A DNA stretch of 20,893 nucleotides from Thermoplasmatota archaeon (GCA_029762535.1 JARVGK010000045.1:1-20893); one strand, 5' to 3'. Shown: positions 1 to 8,626, counted from the stretch's first letter. The notes: generated from the sequence alone by a model not told the origin. Numbers and translations: made by a program.

Positions 1-2
1 AT

Positions 3-410
3 CATAATCAGTTATTCACAGAAACGGCCCTGGTAAGAGTTCTATCACATCCCAGACTGTCAGTTATCGATCTGTTTATGGGAGATGATGATGTTCTGAG
101 TTTGATCGCATACGATCAGTATGGGATCGATATAACTGATGATTGCGAGATCTCCTGGTATGGGGATCACGTGATGATCGATGCCAATTCCGTCGTTCCC
201 GTATCCGGTGTGATACGGGTCCTTGTTGTATATGATGGTATAGAGCTTGAGGGCGAATATGATGCGGGTATTGACCCGGATTTTGTGGGAGTGAACGACC
301 CAATCACTTTGAAATTAATTATCGTGGGATCGATCCTTGTCCTTCTGATCGCAGGGATCCTCCTCATAGCGAGGAGGAGGGGATCCAGATCCGGGCTCTC
401 TGAAGAGTGA
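3..410 (+). CDS. 3' part of a membrane-anchored surface protein (5' end outside window)
   Basis: The frame is open from position 3 (HNQLFTETALVRVL...), so the ATG at 78 is probably internal. An acidic, beta-rich segment is followed by a C-terminal TM helix (LIIVGSILVLLIAGILLIA) and a basic tail (RRRGSRS). Confidence 0.8.
   Translation, partial: HNQLFTETALVRVLSHPRLSVIDLFMGDDDVLSLIAYDQYGIDITDDCEISWYGDHVMIDANSVVPVSGVIRVLVVYDGIELEGEYDAGIDPDFVGVNDPITLKLIIVGSILVLLIAGILLIARRRGSRSGLSEE
351..392 (+). repeat. 42-bp dispersed repeat, copy 1 (anchor-coding; copy 2 at 19188-19229)
   Basis: GCAGGGATCCTCCTCATAGCGAGGAGGAGGGGATCCAGATCC matches copy 2 at 40 of 42 positions. Confidence 0.9.
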
Positions 411-433
411 ACGTTTCTTCTCTTAAGGAATTG

Positions 434-481
434 ATCCCCCAGGAGAGGCTGTGCACCTACTGCTGGACCGGAAGGGATTGA
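434..481 (+). pseudogene. purF: Orphan 3'-terminal fragment resembling amidophosphoribosyltransferase (PurF)
   Basis: Reads IPQERLCTYCWTGRD-stop. This matches the PurF C-terminal G-[IL]-P-x-x-x-L-C-x-x-C-[WF]-x-G motif (Fe-S cysteines). The in-frame upstream sequence does not resemble PurF. Confidence 0.55.
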
Positions 482-580
482 GGTCCGTATGTTCTATGGG
501 GCTACGAAGGCGCAATAGGGACCTGAAGTGTAATGGGCATCCATTATAGGTCTGATATGTCATAGACCCTTTCGATAGGT

Positions 581-976
581 ATGGCCAAGAAGATCGAGAA
601 GACGAAGGAACAGTGGAAGAAGGATCTGACCCCCGAACAATACCATGTACTAAGGGAGAAGGGCACGGAGAGTCCTTTCACCGGGGAGTACTATCACAAC
701 AAGGAGACGGGGACCTACCTCTGCGCCGGATGCGGATCGGAGCTGTTCTCCTCCGAGCACAAGTATGACTCCGGATCCGGATGGCCGAGCTTCTTCCTGC
801 CTCTGAGGAAGGAGAACATAGAGGAGAAGGAGGATCCCTCCTTCTTCATGACCAGGACCGAGATCCGATGCGCTGGGTGCGGAGGCCACCTGGGGCACGT
901 CTTCGATGACGGGCCGGATCCCACGGGCCTGAGGTACTGCGTGAACTCCGCTTCCTTGAAGTTCAGGAAAGAATGA
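581..976 (+). CDS. msrB: Peptide-methionine (R)-S-oxide reductase MsrB
   Basis: [15 protein letters not shown], two CxxC zinc motifs (CAGC twice), [18 protein letters not shown] and catalytic LRYCVNS. Confidence 0.97.
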   Translation: MAKKIEKTKEQWKKDLTPEQYHVLREKGTESPFTGEYYHNKETGTYLCAGCGSELFSSEHKYDSGSGWPSFFLPLRKENIEEKEDPSFFMTRTEIRCAGCGGHLGHVFDDGPDPTGLRYCVNSASLKFRKE

Positions 977-984
977 AGCGGTCC

Positions 985-1926
985 TCAAGGACCCTTGCCC
1001 AGATTCCAACTCTCGACCTGCGATTGCGCGATCTTAACATCAGCGTGCTTCGCCGCCTCTTTCAGGACTATCCGGTATATGTTGTTGGAATGGAAGCGCC
1101 TTTTCCTAGCCTCCGTGACGAACCTTATCCCGATCCGTATGAACCTATCATCGAAACTGACATATATCATCGGCTCGACGTCCCTTTTGGGCAGATAATA
1201 TTTCTCACCGAGCGCCTCGATCTCCCTGAGCGCTTGAGGCGTTAGATCCGCACAGTAATCCTTGACATATTTTAACAGGGGCCCTATCAACGCCTCCCAG
1301 TTGCTGTCGAACGTAACCGGGACCACGATCTCCTCCCAGATGAAGTTGTGATCCTTGGTGTAGTTCTTCACCGCGTTCGACAGCACTGATGCGTTCGGCA
1401 CCAGGACGATACGCCCTGTGGCCTGATCCCCTTGCACCCATCCTCTCGTTTCCATCAGGGTCGTATACAGGATCCCTATGTCCATGACATCCCCGAACGT
1501 TTCGCCTATCTGTATCCGATCCCCAACTCTGTACAGATTGTTGAGCAGGATCAATATGCCGCCGGTGAAACCCTTGAATAGATCCTGCAGAGCTATCGCG
1601 ATGCCGGCGGCGAGAAGTCCGTATGCGACAAGGATCGCCTGAGTGTTCTCGATCCAGATCGCTATCAGGATAATGGCGATCAGGATGAGGAATACCAACG
1701 AGTTGGTCTTGCGGAAAGCATACCTTCTTTTGTAATCCCTCAGTCTATTATGGACAGAACCTTCGAGAACCACCTTGAAAAAAAAGAAGATGACATTGAT
1801 GGCCGCAAGGGATAATACGATCTTTTCGAGGTCGATGTCAGGGACCCAGAAGTTGATCGAAATAGAGGCGATCAAGCCGATGATGAGGCATGTTTGGATG
1901 AGGACGCTCTTTGCGAAGTTATTCAT
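985..1926 (-). CDS. mscS: Small-conductance mechanosensitive channel (MscS family)
   Basis: N-terminal TM helices, then GLLAAGIAIALQD, YRVGDRIQIG...GDVMDIGILYT and VLVPNASV...VKNYT signatures. Confidence 0.92.
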   Translation of the reverse strand: MNNFAKSVLIQTCLIIGLIASISINFWVPDIDLEKIVLSLAAINVIFFFFKVVLEGSVHNRLRDYKRRYAFRKTNSLVFLILIAIILIAIWIENTQAILVAYGLLAAGIAIALQDLFKGFTGGILILLNNLYRVGDRIQIGETFGDVMDIGILYTTLMETRGWVQGDQATGRIVLVPNASVLSNAVKNYTKDHNFIWEEIVVPVTFDSNWEALIGPLLKYVKDYCADLTPQALREIEALGEKYYLPKRDVEPMIYVSFDDRFIRIGIRFVTEARKRRFHSNNIYRIVLKEAAKHADVKIAQSQVESWNLGKGP

Positions 1927-1956
1927 GACCTGAGCGATATAAGCATATGGTCGTAT

Positions 1957-3738
1957 CTATTTTTTGATGGTGCGGGAGGCGGCATCCATTAATTTGATGG
2001 GGGAATGCATCCCTTCGAAAAGGCCTTTGAAGAAATGGCGGGCATTGCTTCCCAAGGATCTCGTCCTGTATCCTCCCTCCTGCACGACAAGGGTCGGGAC
2101 CCTCAAGGAACCGATCATCCTGCCGTTTCTCTGGAGGTCTGTACCGGTCAGGTCCCATGAACCGGTGGGATCCCCCTTTGTTGTGTCAAGTCCTAGCGCT
2201 ACGACCATATAGTCGGGGGAGAATCTCCGGATCGATCTCAAAGAAGCCCTCAAGGTCTCGGTGTATCTTGAGGTTTCGAGATGCTCGGGGAGGGGATGAT
2301 TGATGTTTAGTCCGATCCCCTTACCCTCACCTGTCTCTTCCTTGAATCCTGTGAAGTAGGGGTAAGCGAATCTAGGGTGGCAGTGGATGGAGATGGTGAG
2401 CACATCATCGCGGTCGTAGAAGATGTCCTGAGTTCCGTTCCCATGATGGTAGTCTATGTCGAGTATCGCCACTCGTCCTTCCTTTGATAACCTGTTTGCG
2501 GATATGGCCGCAGAATTGAAGTAGCAGAAACCTCCAAAATAGTTTTTGCCGGCATGATGCCCCGGAGGCCGTACCAGAGCATACGATAACATGTCCCCTT
2601 TCAGGAGCCGGTCCGCCCCCGTCAGGGCGCAATCCACAGCCCTCCATGCGGCCTGATACGCGTTCGCGTTGAGAGGGGTGAACGTGTCGATGCAGTAATA
2701 GCCAGCCCGGACCAGGAGATCCTTGGGTGCCCTGGCCTGGTTCCTTATCGGGAAGACGTAGGGATAAACGGATTTCCCCTCTGGCAGCTTCCCACAGATG
2801 GTCCTGAGGTAATTGACGAAGTTCCTATCATGGACGGAGGTTATCTCCCTCTCCGGGTGTTTTAGAACCCGGATTTTTTCGAAGAGGCCGCTCTGGTCCA
2901 GCCCTTTTATGATGGAGCGTATCCTCACCGGAGATTCGACGTAACCCCTGTCGTGGACATGGTGTATGTCGTGCTTGTCGTTTATTATCAGGGGGATCCG
3001 GAGGTCCTTGGGAGGACCAGGATCCGGCATGACTGGTTCGTCCGATCTCGTATGTTTGAGCTCCCGGATCCTTACGGGATCGTCTTGAAACGATGACACA
3101 ACGCTCTCAACGTATTCGCGGGGGCAGAGTCCCCGGTATTTCCTCTCCAGAATTGCACGGACTATTTCTCTGGCGTCGCTCTTCCTCAATCGTAACCCCT
3201 TTCCAAGGTCGTCGAACAACAGGTAAGGCGGATTCCTGTCCTGTGGAGTGAGAGGGGTCTCGTATCTCGTGTTGATTATCGGTCTTGCCCCATACCTTTC
3301 GTAGAAACGCAATCTGGAAACGTTATCGATCCTGATATCGGCCTCAGGTTCCGCCTCTGAAGTTTCCTGAAGTGCCTCCAAGAACAGGCCCTTGCACTGG
3401 AGGGAATTCGCCTCTGTTCGGACCCTTTCGTAGAGCGCGCTTCCCGTACCTCGTCCCGCGCGTCCCTTTTTCGTGGCTATGTAATCCAGGTAGCAGAATC
3501 CGAGGTCGGGGAAGTGTAGAAGGATCGCTGCTCCAAGGAGCGACCCAACCTTTCCCTCGGCAACAAAGATGACGGAGCGATATCTCCTGTATAGAGGATC
3601 GCCCAGGACCCGCGGGATCTTAAGGATATTCTCCTCCCTCTCGTCCACGAATCTGTCCCTTACAAGGTCCTGGACCTGTTGCACTGATACCCTGTTGGCC
3701 TGGGTCGTCCTGTCGTGTATCCTTCTTATCCGGAACAT
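1957..3738 (-). CDS. GNAT-type N-acetyltransferase fused to a histone-deacetylase-family (acetylpolyamine amidohydrolase-like) domain
   Basis: N-terminal GNAT: YLDYIAT..GRAGRGTGSALY (acetyl-CoA motif A) and RLRFYERYG. C-terminal HDAC: ESPVR, RPPGHHA, GGFCYFN, LDIDYHHGNGTQDIFY, ALGLDTTKGDP and QEGGY. Confidence 0.9.
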   Translation of the reverse strand: MFRIRRIHDRTTQANRVSVQQVQDLVRDRFVDEREENILKIPRVLGDPLYRRYRSVIFVAEGKVGSLLGAAILLHFPDLGFCYLDYIATKKGRAGRGTGSALYERVRTEANSLQCKGLFLEALQETSEAEPEADIRIDNVSRLRFYERYGARPIINTRYETPLTPQDRNPPYLLFDDLGKGLRLRKSDAREIVRAILERKYRGLCPREYVESVVSSFQDDPVRIRELKHTRSDEPVMPDPGPPKDLRIPLIINDKHDIHHVHDRGYVESPVRIRSIIKGLDQSGLFEKIRVLKHPEREITSVHDRNFVNYLRTICGKLPEGKSVYPYVFPIRNQARAPKDLLVRAGYYCIDTFTPLNANAYQAAWRAVDCALTGADRLLKGDMLSYALVRPPGHHAGKNYFGGFCYFNSAAISANRLSKEGRVAILDIDYHHGNGTQDIFYDRDDVLTISIHCHPRFAYPYFTGFKEETGEGKGIGLNINHPLPEHLETSRYTETLRASLRSIRRFSPDYMVVALGLDTTKGDPTGSWDLTGTDLQRNGRMIGSLRVPTLVVQEGGYRTRSLGSNARHFFKGLFEGMHSPIKLMDAASRTIKK

Positions 3739-3866
3739 GTAATATCATGAACTTACGATGATATAGATTTACTTGAGGCCATGCCATCCCTTGACCGTAC
3801 GACAACATCATGTTCGTCCAACAATTATTTTTACTGGACGGGTTTTATTCCACTTATGGTGATACG

Positions 3867-4439
3867 ATGAAGGTCCTGGCGATATGTGGCAGTGCGAGAA
3901 AGGATGGGAATACGGCGACCCTAGTACGCCATCTCTTCGAGGAGCTGGAGAGGGAGGGGATCAAGACCGAGATGATACAGCTCGCCGGAGAGAGAATAGG
4001 CGGCTGCAAAGCATGCTACGAGTGCGTGAAGAGAAAGGACCGCAGATGCGCCGTCGAAGGGGATATACTGAACGAGATCATCGGGAAGATGGATGCATCC
4101 GACGGGATCGTCCTCGCCTCACCCGTTTATTTCTCCGACGTCTCGTCGGAGTTGAAGGCGGTCATCGACAGGGCAGGAGTGGTGGCCCGTGCGAACGATT
4201 ACATGTTCAAGAGAAAGGTAGGCGCGGCCGTGGTGGCGGTGAGGAGGGGGGGGGCGATCCACACCTTCGATACGATAAACCATTTCTTCTTCCTCGAGCA
4301 GATGATAGTGCCGGGATCGATATACTGGAACTTCGCCTTCGGAAGGGATAAGGGCGAGGTCGAAAATGACGAGGAGGGGATCCGGACCATAAGAGAGCTT
4401 GGCAGGAACATGGCATATCTTTTAAAGAAGTTGGAATGA
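3867..4439 (+). CDS. Iron-sulfur flavoprotein (Isf / flavodoxin-like, FMN_red family)
   Basis: MKVLAICGSARKDGNT FMN loop, CKACYECVKRKDRRC (Cx2Cx2Cx7C), ASPVYF, LKAVIDR and RRGGA. Start moved from 3810 to the ATG at 3867, which follows a GGTGAT Shine-Dalgarno site. Confidence 0.92.
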   Translation: MKVLAICGSARKDGNTATLVRHLFEELEREGIKTEMIQLAGERIGGCKACYECVKRKDRRCAVEGDILNEIIGKMDASDGIVLASPVYFSDVSSELKAVIDRAGVVARANDYMFKRKVGAAVVAVRRGGAIHTFDTINHFFFLEQMIVPGSIYWNFAFGRDKGEVENDEEGIRTIRELGRNMAYLLKKLE

Positions 4440-4446
4440 TAGATAT

Positions 4447-4833
4447 CTATTTCAAATACCTTTTTACCCATTCAATGAAGATGACGGCCGATCGAAGGGC
4501 TTTTTCAGCGTTTGCCCTCGATATGGCGTCACCCATGTAACCCGCATTGTTCCTTATGGAGAGACATTGCTTCAACCGCTCCCTCTGGGAACCGTCATTG
4601 ATCTTGCGCGTGACATCCAGGTGAAGGTCGAGGGCCTCTCCATGATCGGCGGACCCTCTTCTCTCCAGGTAATAGATAGTGAGAGCGTCGTTGGCATTTA
4701 TCATAGCCTGGATCGCATTGAATGCCGATACATTGAACCTTGAGAGCGCCATATTTTCCCTGGAGGATTCGAGGAATTCCTCTGCCTGATCGAGGTATTT
4801 GATCGCTTTCGATTTGCTCACCGCTTTAACCAT
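4447..4833 (-). CDS. HEPN domain protein (toxin-type partner of MNT)
   Basis: 128 aa, helical. YLDQAEEFLESS, AIQAMINANDAL, DH and the RNNAGY motif. Overlaps the upstream MNT gene. Confidence 0.85.
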   Translation of the reverse strand: MVKAVSKSKAIKYLDQAEEFLESSRENMALSRFNVSAFNAIQAMINANDALTIYYLERRGSADHGEALDLHLDVTRKINDGSQRERLKQCLSIRNNAGYMGDAISRANAEKALRSAVIFIEWVKRYLK

Positions 4834-5402
4834 CCGGGATCACCATAGAGTATTTTGCCTTCATCAAGAGCATTGATTATGAAAGTATCGAATCTGGATA
4901 GGCGATCCAAAACATCATCCATAGAGACACGGATGGTGTTGAGGTGAACTTCATATCTGTGTTCGATCCTGGAAATGGCCTCAAACTCAAATGAGGGGTC
5001 ATAATCTGGTCGGACGATGATAAGTAAATCAATATCTCCGGGCTTTAGAGTGTCCCCTCTGGCCACAGATCCGAAAAGGATGATATTTTCAATATTGTCC
5101 TTACGGACGATCCTAACGAATTCATTTGCCGTATCCCGATACGCGTTAAGCTCTCGAGCGAAGAGTTCCATCATCTCTTTGAACAAAAGGTGATTTCTAT
5201 TCAATTTATATACTCTCGACCTTCCCACTTTCATGCCGAGTAAAATCCGGATATTTTCGAGGCTCTTGATTGCAGGGTGCGCGGACCCCAGGGAGAGACC
5301 GAGATTATCCACGATCTCCTGAAGTGTGTATTCTCTGTCATTGTGTGCGAATAGCCGCAATATCCTGATCTTGACCTTAGAACCAAGGATATTTTCGAGC
5401 AT
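4818..5402 (-). CDS. Winged-HTH + minimal nucleotidyltransferase (MNT) antitoxin
   Basis: N-terminal wHTH (GSKVKIRILRLF...LQEIVDNLGLSLGSAHPAIKSL...VGRSRVYKLN). MNT signature LFGSVARGDTLKPGDIDLL (GS-X10-DxD). Confidence 0.9.
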   Translation of the reverse strand: MLENILGSKVKIRILRLFAHNDREYTLQEIVDNLGLSLGSAHPAIKSLENIRILLGMKVGRSRVYKLNRNHLLFKEMMELFARELNAYRDTANEFVRIVRKDNIENIILFGSVARGDTLKPGDIDLLIIVRPDYDPSFEFEAISRIEHRYEVHLNTIRVSMDDVLDRLSRFDTFIINALDEGKILYGDPGWLKR

Positions 5403-5425
5403 GTTATAGACAATACAATTGATCT

Positions 5426-5438
5426 AATTAATATTTCG
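5426..5438 (-). promoter_or_regulatory. Putative BRE + TATA box for the MNT-HEPN operon
   Basis: Minus strand reads CGAAATATTAATT about 25 nt upstream of the ATG at 5402. Confidence 0.5.
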
Positions 5439-5579
5439 TTTTTTCGATGCCGAGATCTTTATTTAGAAATCTACATCTCTCATCATCAATTGGATCGATC
5501 CTAAAAGACCGAATTTTACAGCGAGGATCCTCGATCTTCAGGAGCAATGTATATATCACATTCCAATGTTCGTTCGGAC

Positions 5580-5771
5580 ATGGACAGAACTCTAAAGCAG
5601 GTGATCATCATCGTGATCACCCTTGTGGTCTTCATCGCGGTGTTCTGGTTCGCCCTGCCCATGCTGGGGCTGAGGGAGATGCTGGGGGGGGCCTACATCG
5701 TTGTGGCGATAGTGGGAGGGATAATATTGAGCCTCATAATTAGCAGGGTCCTCAACAAGGTCATCAAGTGA
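5580..5771 (+). CDS. Small two-TM membrane protein (63 aa)
   Basis: Two hydrophobic helices with basic termini and GC-rich host-like codons. TATATA lies about 25 nt upstream of the ATG at 5580. Confidence 0.7.
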   Translation: MDRTLKQVIIIVITLVVFIAVFWFALPMLGLREMLGGAYIVVAIVGGIILSLIISRVLNKVIK

Positions 5772-8043
5772 TGCTTGATCCTTGTATAACACCCCGGATC
5801 TCCCGCGCCTTCCCTTTTCCGATCCCTTCGACGGATTGGAGTTCCTCCTCGGAGGCTTTGAATACCCCCTCCAGGCTGCCGAACCTCTCAAGCAGTCTCC
5901 CGGCCAGCACCGAGGAGATCCCCGGCATCGCCGATAGTATGCGGATCCTAGCGTCCGTGGATCCCTCTGCCTTGGGTGAGGGGCTGACCCTTGGCCCTTT
6001 ACCCCTTGAAGCCTCCCTGCGCGCCGTGGCGATTATGAACTCGGCTGTCATAGCCGGATCCCTCGTGAAGAAGATGGGGATCCCGAAATCCAGATTAATG
6101 GAGGAGAGGGCGCCCATCATGGCCTCCCTTGAGATGTTCCTCCTGGTGAAAGGATCGTCGCCCTCGACGACGAGGATAGGCCTATCATACCTCTCCCTCG
6201 ATCTCGATATCTGGTCGAAGAGCCTTCCATCAACGAGTGAATCGGCGAGGTCCTGTGCGGTCTTCCTCTCGATGACGGCACGGTCGGAAACTATGTAATC
6301 GCCCTCTCCCGCTTTCACGGGCCTTGCCCTGGCCCCTTTTCTCACTAGCTCCTCCACGACGGATGAGACCATCTCCCTCTGATCGACGGCGATCTCGAGG
6401 CCATTCTCAACCTTCATCTCCAGGGCCGGAGCGAACGATTCCAGGGTAGCAGGGGAGGGCATCTCCTGCGGACTCCTCTTTTTCAAAGGCTGCCTCGCGA
6501 TCATCTTCCTCAGCGTGATGAGCTGCCTCTCCATCCTCTGCTCCTTGTCCCTGGCCGAGTAGGAGTAGGCGATGTCCCTGGTCTCCTTGGACATCAGGAC
6601 GATGACCTTGCCGGATGCATGCCTTCCCGTCCTTCCCCTGCGCTGTATGGTCCTGATCTCCGAGGGGATCGGCTCGAAGAATATGACGAGGTCCGCGCCC
6701 GGGATGTCGAGCCCCTCCTCGGCGACGGATGTGGCGATCAGGACGTTGAATCTCCCCGACCTGAATTCATCGAGCAGCCCTTTTTGCATCTTCTGGCTCA
6801 GTCCCGAATCCTCGCCCCGGGATGCCTGTCCCACGAACCGTACGGGCTTCAGCCCCTGGTCCTCGAACTGCTTCAATCTCTCCAGGACCGTGCTTGCGGT
6901 GTCCCTGAAATGAGTGAAAACGATGATCCTGGAGGACGGGTCCTCCCTCAGCCCCTGTCTGACATACCGCACCACCGCCTCGACCTTGGGATGCTCCTCG
7001 CCCCTTATCGCCTCGGCCCTGTTGAGGGCGGCGGAGAAGAGAGGGTCCGAGACCACCGCCTTCGTCGCCCTAGAACTGTCGGTGCTGCTCGTCTCCTTGA
7101 TAAGCCTCTCCATGTACTGATAGAGAGAATCCGGACCCTGGGTCTCTGCCAGCTCCATGGCGTGGGACACCTTCATGGCCTGGGCCTGGATAGACATCGC
7201 CTGGTAGTACGCCCCTCCTCTTTCCCCCCGGCGTATGAACTCCTGTATCCTCCCTGCGGCCGAGATGAGCTCCTTGACGGAGGTGTTCTTCCCGGACCGC
7301 AGCACCCCCATCCTCTGCAGCCTCTGTATCCGTTCCAGGTACATCCTCTCGAGCAGCTCGATTATCGCGCGGGTTCCAGGCGACACCTCAACTTTGATCC
7401 ACTGGACGTCTATCTCCTGGATGTAGGGCTTGACGTCCGGGTCGGAATCGATCCTGACCTCGATGTTCTCTATCCCGAGGTTCTGGCATACCTCGTAGAT
7501 CCTCGAGGCGTCATGTCCGGGGGACGCAGTGAGGCCCAGGAGCAGCCCGTCAGGATGCTTCGAGTAGAACTGGTCCGATATGAAAGTGTAGGGATAATCC
7601 CCCGATGCCCTGTGCGCTTCGTCCACAACGAGCGTCCTGAACATGGAGAGGTTCAGATCCCCGGATATGATGTCGTTCTTGATCACCTGGGGTGTGGCGA
7701 CCAGCACCTCCGAACGCTCATAGACGTCCCTGCGTTTTCTGGGCAGGGTCTCCCCCGTCAACATGGTTACGTCGATCCCATTGAGGTTCTCGGTCAGGAA
7801 GGCCCTGTGCTGTTCGACCAATGGTTTGGTGGGGGCGAGCATCAGAATGCCCTTGTTGCCGCGGTGCAGCCTTTCGGCGATGAGGATCAAGGCCACCACG
7901 GTCTTTCCCAATCCCGTGGGCAGCACGACCAGGGTCGGGACCGTCATGGCCTTTACGGCGATCCTGGTCTGATAGTCCCTCCTCCTGAGCTTGCCCTCGG
8001 CTATGAGCGGATGCTCAAGAAAGACCTCGGAAATATCGCTCAC
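5764..8043 (-). CDS. hef: Hef: DEAH helicase + ERCC4/XPF nuclease + HhH (archaeal FANCM homologue)
   Basis: LPTGLGKT, DEAH, LGLTASPG, ATSVAEEGLDIP and QRRGRTGR helicase motifs; VDQRE, GDYIV and ERKTAQD nuclease motifs; VEGIGKGKA HhH. Probable start is the GTG at 8043 (VSDISEVFLEHPLI), not 8304. Confidence 0.93.
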   Translation of the reverse strand: MSDISEVFLEHPLIAEGKLRRRDYQTRIAVKAMTVPTLVVLPTGLGKTVVALILIAERLHRGNKGILMLAPTKPLVEQHRAFLTENLNGIDVTMLTGETLPRKRRDVYERSEVLVATPQVIKNDIISGDLNLSMFRTLVVDEAHRASGDYPYTFISDQFYSKHPDGLLLGLTASPGHDASRIYEVCQNLGIENIEVRIDSDPDVKPYIQEIDVQWIKVEVSPGTRAIIELLERMYLERIQRLQRMGVLRSGKNTSVKELISAAGRIQEFIRRGERGGAYYQAMSIQAQAMKVSHAMELAETQGPDSLYQYMERLIKETSSTDSSRATKAVVSDPLFSAALNRAEAIRGEEHPKVEAVVRYVRQGLREDPSSRIIVFTHFRDTASTVLERLKQFEDQGLKPVRFVGQASRGEDSGLSQKMQKGLLDEFRSGRFNVLIATSVAEEGLDIPGADLVIFFEPIPSEIRTIQRRGRTGRHASGKVIVLMSKETRDIAYSYSARDKEQRMERQLITLRKMIARQPLKKRSPQEMPSPATLESFAPALEMKVENGLEIAVDQREMVSSVVEELVRKGARARPVKAGEGDYIVSDRAVIERKTAQDLADSLVDGRLFDQISRSRERYDRPILVVEGDDPFTRRNISREAMMGALSSINLDFGIPIFFTRDPAMTAEFIIATARREASRGKGPRVSPSPKAEGSTDARIRILSAMPGISSVLAGRLLERFGSLEGVFKASEEELQSVEGIGKGKAREIRGVIQGSSIT

Positions 8044-8065
8044 GGAGGGAGACCGCAACAACCAG

Positions 8066-8072
8066 TATAAAA
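8066..8072. promoter_or_regulatory. TATA element between divergent hef and zinc-ribbon genes
   Basis: TATAAAA on + (TTTTATA on -), the best TATA-like element in a 49-bp gap, about 20-23 nt from both start codons. Confidence 0.55.
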
Positions 8073-8092
8073 CCGTTTTCCGGGAGGGGGAC

Positions 8093-8572
8093 ATGAAAGT
8101 GCCTAACATATCAGCGATAGAGGACATATCCTTGCAGGCCACATCCATTCCCTTAGGTGAAATAATGACCTCGATCGACTGTCTCACCAGGATCTGCGAA
8201 TCCCCCGACGTATCCTGCCCCACATGCAGCAGGAATATGTCGATGTGGGTGTGGAAGGAGAACATCATATACCGCTGCGACGAGTGCAACGCGATCGGTT
8301 TCAAGGTCAGTGATGAGCAGATGAAGGGTTTGGTCGAGAATACAAATCCTTACAGGGGGCGAACCTCGATCGACTGCTCCGAGTGCGGCAAGAGGATGGA
8401 GTTCTCCGTTCTGGACGAATGGATCGTTGCCCGCTGTTCCGACTGCAGGAACATATTCGCTGTTTTCGATGAGAGAAATGAACCCCCGGAGATGGAGGAT
8501 GTGGAAGGCTCCAGGGTCATCTCGGTCCTCAACTGGATAGGCGGAGTTTACGACAGGATGACATCCTTGTGA
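8093..8572 (+). CDS. Double zinc-ribbon protein (159 aa), function unknown
   Basis: Four CxxC motifs (CPTC, CDEC, CSEC, CSDC) in two similar pairs. GGAGGGGG Shine-Dalgarno before the ATG at 8093. Confidence 0.8.
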   Translation: MKVPNISAIEDISLQATSIPLGEIMTSIDCLTRICESPDVSCPTCSRNMSMWVWKENIIYRCDECNAIGFKVSDEQMKGLVENTNPYRGRTSIDCSECGKRMEFSVLDEWIVARCSDCRNIFAVFDERNEPPEMEDVEGSRVISVLNWIGGVYDRMTSL

Positions 8573-8626
8573 TGATCGCTGAAGGTCCTGATTGATTATA
8601 TTACAGGAATAATATTGCCAGAAGGG

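Noticed and set aside
455-530. Possible SRP RNA or other ncRNA (CCGGAAGGG, short stems)
   Set aside because: It lacks the flanking SRP helix-8 bases and the region is too short. The 5' part is better explained as a purF remnant.
4246-4254. G9 run in isf (also G8 at 5684-5691) as a phase-variation tract
   Set aside because: Both encode Gly-Gly in frame (the isf run within the conserved RRGGA motif), with no sign of frameshift.
6619-8070. 483-aa plus-strand ORF and other long antisense ORFs over hef and the 1526-aa gene
   Set aside because: Shadow frames of GC-rich genes with strong codon bias. No recognisable motifs, and they fully overlap confident genes.
8044-8304. 87-aa N-terminal extension of Hef in the ORF track
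   Set aside because: It overlaps the zinc-ribbon gene on the opposite strand. Hef-like sequence begins near EHPLI, and a TATA box fits the GTG at 8043.
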